Assembly (NCBI GenBank): GCA_037200005.1
Contig: JBBCGY010000001.1
Location: 42,416 to 106,415 of the forward strand
Direction: 5' to 3'
From: Alphaproteobacteria bacterium
Lineage (GTDB): Bacteria; Pseudomonadota; Alphaproteobacteria; UBA9219; RFNS01
DNA length: 64,000 nt
Shown here: in pieces, positions 46,640-56,759 of the stretch
Position numbering within the stretch: the stretch's first letter is position 1
Layout: each line of letters begins with the position of its first letter
Program-made: the position numbers and the translations under genes
The notes under the pieces: model-generated
Seen by the model: only the letters and a program-made list of their open reading frames with translations
The model's database searches: none
Told to the model about the DNA's origin: nothing

Positions 46640-47304
46640 GACGGATTCAGCCTGAAGGCAAAATAAAGACGGTTGGCATTGGCGCTGGTGCAACTGGCGG
46701 CGAGCCAGGTAGGCGTAGGCGGCATAGGAGTGGCAATCGCGCCGGGAATGGCGGCGTCTCCCGTATCGACGCCGATACCGACCAAACCGACCTGATCCAT
46801 GACCCCCAACAATTTAGTGCCCAGATCGATGCATGCGGCTTGCGGCAGATTGCGCAGCATAATCGTAATGCCATAGCGGGGATTCACGTTGCCGAAGGCA
46901 TTGGCGACGGGGGAAGCGGACACGCAAATCGTACCGTCGCCGCAAATCGATCCCGCGCCGTCGGAACTCCAGGGATGGGCGAAATAGCAGGGCGCTCCCA
47001 GACCGCAAGTCTTCGGATCGGCATCGGGCGTCAATTTGGTTTCGGCGGGAAATACATCTTTCCTCGCGACCCTTTGCGTGAAAAGAATATAGTCCTCATC
47101 CGGCAAGATCGCCGCATTCGTATAAGCGTCGCGGACATTTTCCACGATCTGCTGCAATTGATCGACGGCGCGGTTGATGTTGTGATGATGGGCCACGGCG
47201 CGCGCGCCGAGCCATATGGCGCCCGCCAGCATGCCCGCCACGCCCAGCACGATCGCAAGCTCGATAAGGTTGAACCCGCGCTGTCGATGCGGCATGCGGC
47301 GCAT
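46636..47304 (-). CDS. type IVb pilin, paralogue 2
   Basis: Leader MRRMPHRQRG|FNLIELAIVLGVAGMLAG. Shared NLPxxAC motif. Confidence 0.75.
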   Translation of the reverse strand: MRRMPHRQRGFNLIELAIVLGVAGMLAGAIWLGARAVAHHHNINRAVDQLQQIVENVRDAYTNAAILPDEDYILFTQRVARKDVFPAETKLTPDADPKTCGLGAPCYFAHPWSSDGAGSICGDGTICVSASPVANAFGNVNPRYGITIMLRNLPQAACIDLGTKLLGVMDQVGLVGIGVDTGDAAIPGAIATPMPPTPTWLAASCTSANANRLYFAFRLNPS

Positions 47305-47325
47305 TGTCCGTTCTCCATTCCCTGA

Positions 47326-48003
47326 TTACCGCAGCATAAACGCCCATTCCAGCGTCACCAGACCGCCCGCCGCCGCATTCTGGCATTCCGTGACCGCCTG
47401 CGTCGGATTAACCGGCAGGCTGGTCCCATTCGCCCACACCGTTCCCGCCGCCGTATAGGCCGTCCCGGCAGGGCCGCCGAATAGAACCGCCCGCAGCATC
47501 ATTTTCTGATCCGGCGCGGAGATGCGCGACGCGAGCGCGATACAAACGTCAACCGGCAAATTGGCATAACGCACGCCAAAACTTGTTTCGCCCGGCGCGG
47601 CGGCGGCGGCCGTATTCAGATCCTTGTCCATCGGCTCGACGACAACCGCTCCCCAATCATTGGCGGGCGGAGTGCCGGGCACGCCGCCGATCATGTCGCT
47701 CGGAAAAGCGCCCTGGCAGCTCAATTTGGCCGTCAAATCCGCAGGATTGCAGCCGCCAATCGGGCTGTTGTCATGATAAATTCCCCGCTGGCTGGTATAA
47801 ATGCCGCGCACATTGGCGACAATTTCGAACAGCTGTTCGCCCGCCTTGTTGATGGAAGTGGAGCGGCTCACCCGGCCCGCCGCGAACATAATCCCGGCGA
47901 CGACCATTCCAGCGACGCCCAGCACGATGGCGGCCTCGACCAAAGAGAAGCCGGAGAATGAGCGGCCCCGCCTTCTGTTTTTTTCTCTCCGGCTAAAATC
48001 CAC
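47326..48003 (-). CDS. type IVb pilin, paralogue 1
   Basis: Long leader ...RGRSFSG|FSLVEAAIVLGVAGMVVAG. Confidence 0.7.
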   Translation of the reverse strand: MDFSRREKNRRRGRSFSGFSLVEAAIVLGVAGMVVAGIMFAAGRVSRSTSINKAGEQLFEIVANVRGIYTSQRGIYHDNSPIGGCNPADLTAKLSCQGAFPSDMIGGVPGTPPANDWGAVVVEPMDKDLNTAAAAAPGETSFGVRYANLPVDVCIALASRISAPDQKMMLRAVLFGGPAGTAYTAAGTVWANGTSLPVNPTQAVTECQNAAAGGLVTLEWAFMLR

Positions 48004-49093
48004 TGCCGCCGCCCTTGCTCGAGTCGCTGATGACCACGGTGATATGCAGGATCGAGCTCATGGCGAAGGCGATGACGGTGCCGACCACGGCGAGGCCGAT
48101 ATTCCGCACCACCACCGACTGCGCCTTAAGCTCGTCGATCTGCTCCCTGATCCATTCCTGGGTCACTTCCTCGATCACCGAGCCGATATCGCCGCGCTCG
48201 GAGAGAATTTCCATGTCGAGCGCGACCTGCGGATCGGGGAAACCGTAATTGCCCTGGCGCAGCGCCTCGCCGAGATTCTTGCCCTGCAGCACCGCTTCGA
48301 CTGCCGACGCGATCCGCTCCTTGATCCAGGGATTGCCCTGCTGTTCCAGGATTTCCAGCGCGCGGCGCAGCGGCACCTGCGCGCCCATGAGCGCCGAAAG
48401 GCCGAGCATGAAGCCGCTGCCCTGCCAGATGCGGAACCACGACCAGGGCGGATATTTATCGAACTTCGCCCGCGTCTTGCCCCTCCAGAACGGCATCGTG
48501 ACCGAAGTGATGACGGCGAGCGTGCCGATCGACAAAAGAATGGCGATGCCCCATTTCATGATGAAATCCGACACGTCGGCGAGCGGCCCGATCGATTCCA
48601 GCACCGCTTTCGGCGCGTTCTTGCGCATATTCTGGATCAGGTTGACGCCGAACATCCACAAGACGCCAGAAATCAGGATGATCATGAAGGCGGGATAGGT
48701 GATCGCCTGCATGACGGCGGTGCGCATTTCCTTGGCGCTCTCGCCCATCATCATGATGGAACGCAGCGACTTCGCCACGGTGCCCGATTCTTCCCCGGCG
48801 CGGAGCATGTATAATTCCGCCGACGGCACCCATCCGGCCATCGCCTGCGAAAGCGAATCTCCCGCCCGGTCGCGCTGCAGCCATTCGCGCAGCGCCATCG
48901 CCGCGGGGCGATTCGGGTATTTGCCCATCTCGCTGGAATTGTACCAAAGCCGCTCCAAGGCGCGCGACAGCGCCTCGTTCATCGCCAGCATGCCCTGAAG
49001 CTTGCGATAGACGCGAAAGCGCATCTTCGTGTTGCTGCGGAATTTCCACATGGCGTAGGAGCGTGAGAACTCTGCGCTATTCATCGCCATACA
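47993..49093 (-). CDS. type IV pilus assembly inner-membrane platform protein (GspF/PilC/R64 PilR-like)
   Basis: GspF-like topology of two repeated domains with three TM helices. The start is set at MAMNSAEF. Confidence 0.75.
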   Translation of the reverse strand, partial: CMAMNSAEFSRSYAMWKFRSNTKMRFRVYRKLQGMLAMNEALSRALERLWYNSSEMGKYPNRPAAMALREWLQRDRAGDSLSQAMAGWVPSAELYMLRAGEESGTVAKSLRSIMMMGESAKEMRTAVMQAITYPAFMIILISGVLWMFGVNLIQNMRKNAPKAVLESIGPLADVSDFIMKWGIAILLSIGTLAVITSVTMPFWRGKTRAKFDKYPPWSWFRIWQGSGFMLGLSALMGAQVPLRRALEILEQQGNPWIKERIASAVEAVLQGKNLGEALRQGNYGFPDPQVALDMEILSERGDIGSVIEEVTQEWIREQIDELKAQSVVVRNIGLAVVGTVIAFAMSSILHITVVISDSSKGGGSGF

Positions 49094-51009
49094 CCGAGGC
49101 GCTGCTCGACTTCGGCGATCTCGCGTTCGCGGGCGAGCGGCCCGACCTCGACTTCGGCGTCGGCGGGAGAAACTTCGCCGCGGCGGATTTTTTCGAGAGC
49201 GTGCCAGGCCATCGTGATGCCATTCAGCCCATGGGGCGAAAGCCAGTATTCCTCGGCCTCGATGATCTTGCCCTCCTGGAGCAGATTCATCAGCTTGATA
49301 TCGGTTTCCGCTACCTCGGCGCAAACTGTGCGCCCGCTGCGCCCCTTGAAGCATTTCGGGCAGCCGTCGGGATTGGCGACGTAAATCTGGCTCATGTCAG
49401 GCTCCTCGATCCGGTCGAGGGCGGGCTGTCCCGGATCGGCCTTCATGCGGCGCGCGATCATCAGCGCGAGGCCGGTCCGCACCCGGCGCGCGAGGTCTTC
49501 GTAATCCGGCCCGAACTGCTTGGGCGCTTCCTTGATCGGAACGCGGCAAGAGGGGCACAGGCCCTTGAGCAGCCTTTGGCAGAACATGCCGCACAGCAGA
49601 TGCGGATCATAAATCAGATAAGGCTCGATGCCGAGATCGAGCAGGCGGCGCGGCACGGCGATCGCCGAATAGACGTGCAGCGTCGTGTAAATCTGCCGCC
49701 CGGAAAGCGCCAGGCGGAAGGCGAATTTGGCGGTCTGGATGTCGCGGATTTCGCCGAGCATGACGATGTCGGGATCGAGGCGCAGGGCGCTGCGCATCAC
49801 TTCCGAAAAGCTTTTCTCGCGCTGCTCTTCCTTGACTGACGCGGACACGCCGATCTGGCTCGCGCCCATCACGCCGCCTTCCGGCGGGTCTTCGATCAGA
49901 TAGCATTTGCGGTCGAAATTGGTTTCCACCATGCGCCGGTTGAGCATCACGCGCAGCGTCGTGGTCTTGCCTTGGTTCACCGGGCCGGAAAATATCCGCA
50001 TGCCGCCGGGCAGGCTGCGCAGGAAGCGCACCGTCTTGAGCTGTTCCTGGGAAAAGCCGATCGAATCGACATCCGCCATGGCGAAATTCTCGCCGAACAG
50101 ATGCGCCGAGTCATATTGCAGGCGCATATTGAGATAGCGCCCCCCGTCCGACAGCGGCACCCACTGGCAGCGCATCGACGGCACGCCGATCGGAAGCTGG
50201 ACGGATTCCTGACCGCCGGTTCCGGCCAGCATCGCCGCCTGCGGCTCGAGCCAGTTGGCGGTCGCGCCCGACTGGCCGATCGAATGCGAATAGACGGCGG
50301 ACAGAACCTGCTCGCCTTCGCGCTGAGTCCAGGTTTCCCACAGGCGCAGCGCGCCATCGACGCGGAACTCCACCTTGGCGCGGCCGCCCGCCGCCTCGAT
50401 GTGAATGTCGTTGGCGCCCATGTCGGCGGCCTGCTGGATCATCTCGACGATCTTGCGCCTGACGGCATTGTCGTCGAGGCGAACCATCGCCGCCTGGCGC
50501 TCGGCATAGGCATAGGCCTGCTGCACGATATTCGGGGTGACGTAATGCGGCTCGTCGACTTTATAGCCTTGCCGCCGCGCCTGCAGCGCCACCGAAGTGA
50601 CGAGCGGCGAATTGCGGTGCGCGGCGCTGACCAGCCACATGCCGTTATCGAACAGCGCGCAGAAATTGCGCGACTCGGCAGTGATTTTGAGCGTGCTGCC
50701 CTCGACGGTCAGCACCAGGCCGGTGAATTTCAGCGCCCCGGACAGCGCCATCGAGCGCTCGTCAACGATCTTGATCTGCTGCTGCGCCGCAATGGCGGTT
50801 TTGGCCGCGTTATCCGCGCCCGAGGACGCCGCCTTGCCCTGCGCGGACGGCGCTTGATCGGGGGATGGCGGGGCTTCCGGCGGAGGGGACGGCGGCGCAA
50901 CGGCTCCCTTGGCCGGCGCGGTCAGCTCTCCGGACTTCGGCGCTGGTTTCGACGCCTCCGGTGCCTTATTGATAAGTTTGCGGGTGCGGTCGGCGAGATC
51001 GGACAGCAT
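49081..51009 (-). CDS. type II/IV secretion ATPase (GspE/PilB/R64 PilQ-like) with A/P-rich N-terminus and C-terminal tetracysteine
   Basis: Walker A GPVNQGKTTT. Asp/His boxes. C-terminal CPSC...CPKC. Confidence 0.8.
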   Translation of the reverse strand: MLSDLADRTRKLINKAPEASKPAPKSGELTAPAKGAVAPPSPPPEAPPSPDQAPSAQGKAASSGADNAAKTAIAAQQQIKIVDERSMALSGALKFTGLVLTVEGSTLKITAESRNFCALFDNGMWLVSAAHRNSPLVTSVALQARRQGYKVDEPHYVTPNIVQQAYAYAERQAAMVRLDDNAVRRKIVEMIQQAADMGANDIHIEAAGGRAKVEFRVDGALRLWETWTQREGEQVLSAVYSHSIGQSGATANWLEPQAAMLAGTGGQESVQLPIGVPSMRCQWVPLSDGGRYLNMRLQYDSAHLFGENFAMADVDSIGFSQEQLKTVRFLRSLPGGMRIFSGPVNQGKTTTLRVMLNRRMVETNFDRKCYLIEDPPEGGVMGASQIGVSASVKEEQREKSFSEVMRSALRLDPDIVMLGEIRDIQTAKFAFRLALSGRQIYTTLHVYSAIAVPRRLLDLGIEPYLIYDPHLLCGMFCQRLLKGLCPSCRVPIKEAPKQFGPDYEDLARRVRTGLALMIARRMKADPGQPALDRIEEPDMSQIYVANPDGCPKCFKGRSGRTVCAEVAETDIKLMNLLQEGKIIEAEEYWLSPHGLNGITMAWHALEKIRRGEVSPADAEVEVGPLAREREIAEVEQRLGVWR

Positions 51010-51015
51010 AATATC

Positions 51016-51855
51016 TCACGGCGCCCCGCGCCCATGGCTTAAAGCGCCGGCATTGTCGATGCGAAGGCTGTGCTCGTTTTTATCGCCCGGAGATTTAAGT
51101 TGAACCGTCGTGGCGTCGATGAGCTGGACTTCGGTGCCATCGGCGAGCTTGTCGCCGGCGCGCACATTGATCGTCTTGCCGTCCTGCGCAGAATCCAGAT
51201 CGGCGCTGTATCTTCCGCCGGCGCCGACGATCTTGTGCACTTCATAATCCGCGGGCGAAACGGCCGATGGCGTCCGGCGCGGCGCGGAAGCCGAGGCAAG
51301 CTCGGTCACCGGCACGGCCAGAGAGGCCTTTTGCATTCCCCTGGGCATTTTCGTGACGCCGGAGGGCAGCATGGCGCCGACTTCGCTCGCCATGTCGTCC
51401 CCGCCCTCGCGCTTGGCGCGAGCTTTTTCGAGATCATGCATTTTCTGCTCGAGTTCCAGCAGAAGATCGAGGCGCGCCAGCGCTGCGCGCGCCTGATTCA
51501 TGTCTTCGAGGCTGAGATCGATTTTTCCCGTCTCGAGCTTTTTCATCACGCTTTTAACCTGATCGGGAATTTCCTTGTCTTCGCCGGTCCCATCAGTCGC
51601 ACTAGCCGAAGCGGCTTTGGTTTCCTCGGTCGTCCCTACTCCCGGGCCGCCGGGAGGATGGGCGAGATTGATTCCGCCGCCGGGCTGTCCCGCCTGCGCG
51701 GGGATCGATGGCGCGGCCGATGATGCGGCGCCCGTCATGGCAGCGGTATGGGCGACGGCGAGATCGGTTACGGTCGTTTGGGCAAAAGCCATGGAAGACG
51801 CGGCGCCGAGGGCCAGCACAAAGGCCGGAAACCAAGATCTAAAGGCAATTCTCAT
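51016..51855 (-). CDS. secreted pilus-assembly-associated protein (R64 PilP-position), coiled-coil
   Basis: RBS GAAGGAG. Signal peptide MRIAFRSWFPAFVLALGAASSMAFA. Confidence 0.45.
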   Translation of the reverse strand: MRIAFRSWFPAFVLALGAASSMAFAQTTVTDLAVAHTAAMTGAASSAAPSIPAQAGQPGGGINLAHPPGGPGVGTTEETKAASASATDGTGEDKEIPDQVKSVMKKLETGKIDLSLEDMNQARAALARLDLLLELEQKMHDLEKARAKREGGDDMASEVGAMLPSGVTKMPRGMQKASLAVPVTELASASAPRRTPSAVSPADYEVHKIVGAGGRYSADLDSAQDGKTINVRAGDKLADGTEVQLIDATTVQLKSPGDKNEHSLRIDNAGALSHGRGAP

Positions 51856-52129
51856 CCTACACTCCTTCGACCAGCCAGGGATCGTCCGATCGGTCAAACT
51901 TCTGATAAAGCCCCCAGGATCGGAGGCCCCATACCTAATCTGGGAAGTCGGTTCATCATCGGCGAATAGGGTTAAGTTCCCGTAAACATAGGCTTTATGA
52001 ACCTCGTGCCATTAACGAATGGTTATCGCCCTGCGGCAAGGCGTCAGTTTTGAAATCGGGCATGGAGGGGGATTGGCCTTCATGTCGGCCTAGACGCGGC
52101 GCGGCGCGGCGGCAGGGCGACAAAAAGCG

Positions 52130-53386
52130 TTATTTTCTGTTTTCGTAGATCACGCCGCTGATCTGCCAGCTTCCGCTCTGCGAGACGATGCTGTTGATGA
52201 TAACGCCGGGAACGCCGCCGAAATATTGCGGCAATTCGCCTGGTAAATCGGTAACCTTCAGCGTGAATCCGCGCTTGATCCAGGGCGTAGGCGGCGGATT
52301 CCAGTCTTCCGGCCGCACATTTTCCGGTTTCGGCGGCGGCGGATCGTCAGGCAGGCGCGAAATCGTGCCGTTCCAGTTCTGCGCCAGATAGCGTTTGGTG
52401 ATTTCCGCCGGATCGATCAAATCCTGGGGGCCGCGATTTTTCAGGCCCTCGATCGGCACGCCGCGCGAAGCGTTCGACCCCGATGGATCGATGGAGGCAT
52501 CGGCAAGGGGCTGAGTGTAGCCGACGATGCGGGTCCATGACAGCGACAGGCCGCCCTTCGCGCAACTTAATGTGCTAAGATTCCATCCCAGCCTCGCCTG
52601 CGGCACCTTGTCCAGCGCGACGCGGCACGCCTCTATCAATTCCAGAGGATGAGGCTCATCCTCCCAGAACCGCTTCGGCGGCGGATACGCGATCTGAATC
52701 GGACCGCCGAGACCCGCCGCTTTCATTTCGATCGCACGCTTCTGGGCCTCGATCCTGATCAATTCCCTTTGCGCTTCCTGCGCTTTTTCTTCCTGGTATT
52801 GGTAATACCAGAATCCCGCGATACCCAATACGACGACGAGCGCCGTGACGGCCACGCCGATAAGGATCGCGCGCGGTATCTTGACCGGCTGCAAGGGGCA
52901 GTCGCCGCGATTTTGCAGCACGAAGGGAAGCGCGACCGTTTCCGAAGCGGGAATCGACCATGCTTCAGGAGCATAGATGCGCTGCAGGCCGCCAAGCGTG
53001 ACTTCCTGGATAAGACGGTCGCGGGCGCTGGCGTCATCGAGATATATCTGGTCACCGTCCGGCGCGATCAAATCGTCGCGCACCACGATGACCACGATGC
53101 CTTCGCTTAACTTGAAGGCGCCCGCCCATGAACCCGGCAGCCGGTTGGCAAGCGACGCGGCCAAGGTCGCCATGCCGAGCTTGTGGCCGGATTGCTGAAG
53201 CCCCAGACCGAACTGGGCGACGCGGCCGCCCTTGACGCCGGGACGCACCGCAAAAAAGTCGGCGTGCTGGCCCGGCTGGCGCGCCGCCTCTTTAGCCGCT
53301 TGCGCGACACGGCCGCTCGGCGAAGGCTGCCAATAGAGGCCGACCGCGTATTTGCGCCGTCCGACTGTCGCGACGCCAGATCCCAT
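52130..53386 (-). CDS. bitopic membrane protein, R64 PilO-like type IVb pilus biogenesis protein
   Basis: Single central TM (ILIGVAVTALVVVLGIAGFW). Position and architecture are as in IncI thin-pilus loci. Confidence 0.5.
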   Translation of the reverse strand: MGSGVATVGRRKYAVGLYWQPSPSGRVAQAAKEAARQPGQHADFFAVRPGVKGGRVAQFGLGLQQSGHKLGMATLAASLANRLPGSWAGAFKLSEGIVVIVVRDDLIAPDGDQIYLDDASARDRLIQEVTLGGLQRIYAPEAWSIPASETVALPFVLQNRGDCPLQPVKIPRAILIGVAVTALVVVLGIAGFWYYQYQEEKAQEAQRELIRIEAQKRAIEMKAAGLGGPIQIAYPPPKRFWEDEPHPLELIEACRVALDKVPQARLGWNLSTLSCAKGGLSLSWTRIVGYTQPLADASIDPSGSNASRGVPIEGLKNRGPQDLIDPAEITKRYLAQNWNGTISRLPDDPPPPKPENVRPEDWNPPPTPWIKRGFTLKVTDLPGELPQYFGGVPGVIINSIVSQSGSWQISGVIYENRK

Positions 53387-53654
53387 TAGGGTCCAACCTT
53401 AATTAGAATGGGGTTTCGCGCAGGCGAAAAAGCCGCCCGGCTACGAAAAGACAGAAGCAGGTATCGGCGACTACCTGCGAGGTCTTTGAGAACGCCGGTC
53501 GGCTTTTTCGCCGCGCCCCTTGGGTATGCAAAAGAAGGCCGATCTGCGTTGTCGGCTTCGCTCGCCGTAGATTGACTACGGCTTCGCTCGCCTCCTAGCA
53601 TCTCAGCCTTCTTTTGCATACGAAACTCCCATTCTAATTAAGGTTGGACCCTAG
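53386..53654. mobile_element. MITE-like ~265-bp element with 33-bp terminal inverted repeats and two nested internal inverted repeats
   Basis: Terminal IRs tagggtccaaccttaattagaatgggg(t)ttcg at 53386-53417 and 53621-53654 (1 mismatch). Nested IRs gcgaaaaagccg/cggctttttcgc and gtatgcaaaagaaggc/gccttcttttgcatac. The element fills the space between the secretin stop and the pilO-like start. Confidence 0.6.
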
Positions 53655-55219
53655 GGCTGCTCCGCCGAGGGAACGTCCAGCTCCTGCGGCGTAATGGCGA
53701 TAAGGAGAAGCTGTTTCGTCTTGGAATTGCCGATGCCGCCGCCGAGGAGATAATTATAGGGATTGATGGTTCCCGAGGCCGCTTGGCTGGTTTGATCCTG
53801 GCCGTAACCGGCAAGCACGAGCGTGGAACCGCTGCGCAGCAGGGATTGCTGCACGAAAACCCGGCTCGTGGTTTCCGGCAGCTGCACGCTGCTGGTCCCG
53901 GAGGTGAAGGCGGTGATTCGGACCAGATCGATCAGGTTCAGCGAATATTGCATGAGCACGCGTCCGTCGGCCAGCAGGCGCGGCGTCAGCTGGATCGAAA
54001 AACCTTCGCGCAGCGTGCCGGGCGTCAGCGTCGTGGTCGTCGTGCCGCTGGTTCCGGTCGTCGTCGTGGAGGACGAAGCCAGATAGGCGATATCGCGTCC
54101 GACCCGGCGCGTAATGGTGCGCCCGTTCAGCGTCGTCATCGGGAATTGCGCGACCCGCACATTATGCGAGATCTTCGATATCGCCCGCAGAACCGAGTCC
54201 GCCGACACATTGGCGTTGTCGATGATGCCGATGGTCAGATTGCTGAAATCCGCCACGTTGGTCGCGAAAGCGGGCGCGGCGACGCCGGCGAAGGTGAAGG
54301 GCTTGATGGTCTTCAGCGCCGCCGTGAGCTGGTTGTTGAAATCGTCCTCGTTATCGATCTCGGCGGTGTAAATTTCGACATTGATGGCAAGCTGGCGGAC
54401 AAGCCGCTTGTTTTCCTCGGCGACATAATGCGCTATGCTCTTCATGATTTCAGGCGTCGTCGTCACGGTGATGGTGCCGACCGCGGGCGAAATCACCGCC
54501 GTGCCGGTGCCGCCGAGAATGGAATTCACGGTATTGCCGATCTCGGCCCACATATCGATATCGGCCTTCATTTCGATTTCTTGCTTCAGGCTGTTCGAGC
54601 CGGCTTCCGTGGGGATGGAATCCTCAAATTTGCCCTTGCCGGCCATGACCTCGACCAGAAATACGCGCGTCTCGTAACGGCTGAAAAGAATCGCGCTGCC
54701 GTCATAGCGCCAGTCGACGCCGAACCGCGAACTGGCGTGATCCAGAAGCCCGGAAAGCGGCCCCTCATAAGCGACGCTCATCGTATCGCCGGCATCGGCC
54801 ACGGGAGCGCCCGCGCCGCGGGCGACGACGGGCACTGCCGCGGAAGCGGAAGGGCCGGCCGGAACGCCGGGTCCCAGACGGACCGGAATGCCGGTTTGGC
54901 TGGAAAGCGTCGAGGCGATATCGCCCAGCGACTGCGGCGTGCGCGCGACGAACGTCACGCCCTTCGCCGTCTCATATTTTTCGGGAAGCGGCAGCCCTCT
55001 ATGCAAGCGCACCGCCTGGCTTCCCACCCAAAGCCGGTCGGTCACGACGAGCGGATTGCTTTTGAAGGGAGGCAGGGGCTGCTGGGCGCGGACGAGATTT
55101 TGTTCGACTTGCTGCGCCTTCTGTTCGATTTCCTCGCGTACCGCGCCCGTATCACAAGCGGCGACGGCACAAACAACCGCTACTAAGAACAGGTTCCGCA
55201 GTTTCATCATTCTTTCCAT
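53651..55219 (-). CDS. lipoprotein secretin of type IVb pilus (R64 PilN / TcpC-like)
   Basis: Lipobox LVAVVCAVAAC. C-terminal secretin-like region (STLVLAGYGQD...LLGGGIGNSKTKQLLLIAITPQEL). Confidence 0.6.
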   Translation of the reverse strand: MERMMKLRNLFLVAVVCAVAACDTGAVREEIEQKAQQVEQNLVRAQQPLPPFKSNPLVVTDRLWVGSQAVRLHRGLPLPEKYETAKGVTFVARTPQSLGDIASTLSSQTGIPVRLGPGVPAGPSASAAVPVVARGAGAPVADAGDTMSVAYEGPLSGLLDHASSRFGVDWRYDGSAILFSRYETRVFLVEVMAGKGKFEDSIPTEAGSNSLKQEIEMKADIDMWAEIGNTVNSILGGTGTAVISPAVGTITVTTTPEIMKSIAHYVAEENKRLVRQLAINVEIYTAEIDNEDDFNNQLTAALKTIKPFTFAGVAAPAFATNVADFSNLTIGIIDNANVSADSVLRAISKISHNVRVAQFPMTTLNGRTITRRVGRDIAYLASSSTTTTGTSGTTTTTLTPGTLREGFSIQLTPRLLADGRVLMQYSLNLIDLVRITAFTSGTSSVQLPETTSRVFVQQSLLRSGSTLVLAGYGQDQTSQAASGTINPYNYLLGGGIGNSKTKQLLLIAITPQELDVPSAEQP

Positions 55220-55270
55220 CCAAGGCTAATTGAGGCGCGAACCTTATGACTTAATTGTTAACATTGGCTT

Positions 55271-56713
55271 TCATTCTCCGCCGCTGTTGCCGCGCGTTTC
55301 GATCACCAGAATTCTCTGCCCCGCGGTCGGATTATCATGCAAGCGCCCGAAAGGCTGCGGCTTGGCGTCGACAAAACCGCTAAGCAGATTGCGCACGGCG
55401 TCTTCGAACGAGCCGGAGAAATTCACGCTGGCCTGAATCGGATAGTCATATTCGGTCGCCCATACCAGTTCGACATTGGCGCGCTCGCTCCACTTTTTGA
55501 TGACGGCGCGCAGCTGATCACCCGGTTCGGCTTTCCACGCTTCCGCCGGAGCGGCTTGCGTCGCAGGCGTGAGGGGACTCGGTGTCACGACGGAGCCCGT
55601 TACCGGCGGCGCATCGGACGGCGGCGCGGCGGTAATAGGCTGAACCGCATCCACCGCATCTTTCGCGGGAGGCACGGAAGCCGGCGCGGGCTCAACCGGC
55701 GGCAAGGGTGGCGGGGCATCGGCGGCAAGCGCGGGCGCGGCGGCCGCGGCAATCATCGAATCATCCACGACCGGCGGCAGCGCGGCAGCCGTAGCCGGCG
55801 TTTCCAGCGGCGGCAGAGGCACCATCATGGCCTCGGGGGGAGCACCCGCCACAGGCGCGGGCATATCGGAGCCGGCCGGCGTTGCGGCAGCGGCCGCCGA
55901 AGGAACAGGCGGCGCCTCGGTGGGCAACTCGGCTACCGGCAAAGGCGCGGGAACTTCCAGCGGAGCGGCGGACGCTGCATGCACCCCTGTTTTACCGCCC
56001 AGACCCGCGCGGGCAATTTTGACGATTTTACCCTCTTCCTGGGCCGACAGCCCCGCGCCCGTCAGAGCATCATTCAGCACCGTCCGCCAAGGCTTGCCGC
56101 CCTGCCAGTCGACCGACGTGGAATTGTCTATTCCCTGCTCCAGCGCAAAACCGTAATCCGGCGGCAAAATCTGTTTGAGCGCGACCGTAAGCGGAATCTT
56201 CTTGCCAAATCCCACAATGGCCGGCCCTTGGTCAACCGGAAGAGGAGGCGGGACATCGGCGGCAAGCGTGGGCGCCAATTCCGGCGGCGGGACGGATAGC
56301 GGCGCAGACGGCTCTATCGGCGACGGCTCTATCGGCGGCAAGGGCACCGGAGAAGCAACGGCAGCCATAGGCTCAAGCGGCAATGGCTCCATCGGCGCCA
56401 AGGCTTGCGGCGACGATGCCACAGGAGAGGCGGCCGCCGGGGGGCTTACTTCCGGCAATTGCATGGGAGCGGGCAAAGCGGCCTGATCGGCAGGCGCTGG
56501 CGCAAGCGGAACTGCCGGCACATCCTCGACAGGAGCGGGAACGGGCGCGGGTGCAAGCGGAACCGCGGCAGGAGCCTCTTCAAGCGGCGTGACCCACTGA
56601 AACCCGGCCTGGGCGGTGCCGCACATAAGCGTAACGCCGATGATGCCTAATGCGAGACTGAGCAAGAGACGATGTTGTCGGGCAAACCAGGCCATGAGCG
56701 AACACTTCCGCAT
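55271..56713 (-). CDS. TcpQ-domain protein (R64 PilL-like), Pro/Ala-rich
   Basis: Signal peptide, long PAPxP low-complexity region and C-terminal TcpQ-like domain (WKAEPGDQLRAVIKKWSERANVELVW). Confidence 0.55.
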   Translation of the reverse strand: MRKCSLMAWFARQHRLLLSLALGIIGVTLMCGTAQAGFQWVTPLEEAPAAVPLAPAPVPAPVEDVPAVPLAPAPADQAALPAPMQLPEVSPPAAASPVASSPQALAPMEPLPLEPMAAVASPVPLPPIEPSPIEPSAPLSVPPPELAPTLAADVPPPLPVDQGPAIVGFGKKIPLTVALKQILPPDYGFALEQGIDNSTSVDWQGGKPWRTVLNDALTGAGLSAQEEGKIVKIARAGLGGKTGVHAASAAPLEVPAPLPVAELPTEAPPVPSAAAAATPAGSDMPAPVAGAPPEAMMVPLPPLETPATAAALPPVVDDSMIAAAAAPALAADAPPPLPPVEPAPASVPPAKDAVDAVQPITAAPPSDAPPVTGSVVTPSPLTPATQAAPAEAWKAEPGDQLRAVIKKWSERANVELVWATEYDYPIQASVNFSGSFEDAVRNLLSGFVDAKPQPFGRLHDNPTAGQRILVIETRGNSGGE

Positions 56714-56759
56714 AGGAGGGATAAAACCGATTCGTGATTCATACTACGTTATAGTCAGT

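Noticed and set aside
53783-55186. 467-aa plus-strand ORF opposite the secretin gene. Also 55337-56299 opposite the TcpQ gene, and 57442-58725 opposite dotB
   Set aside because: Arg/Gly/His-rich antisense frames in GC-rich coding DNA. The minus-strand genes have signal peptides and a lipobox, and fit the known operon order.
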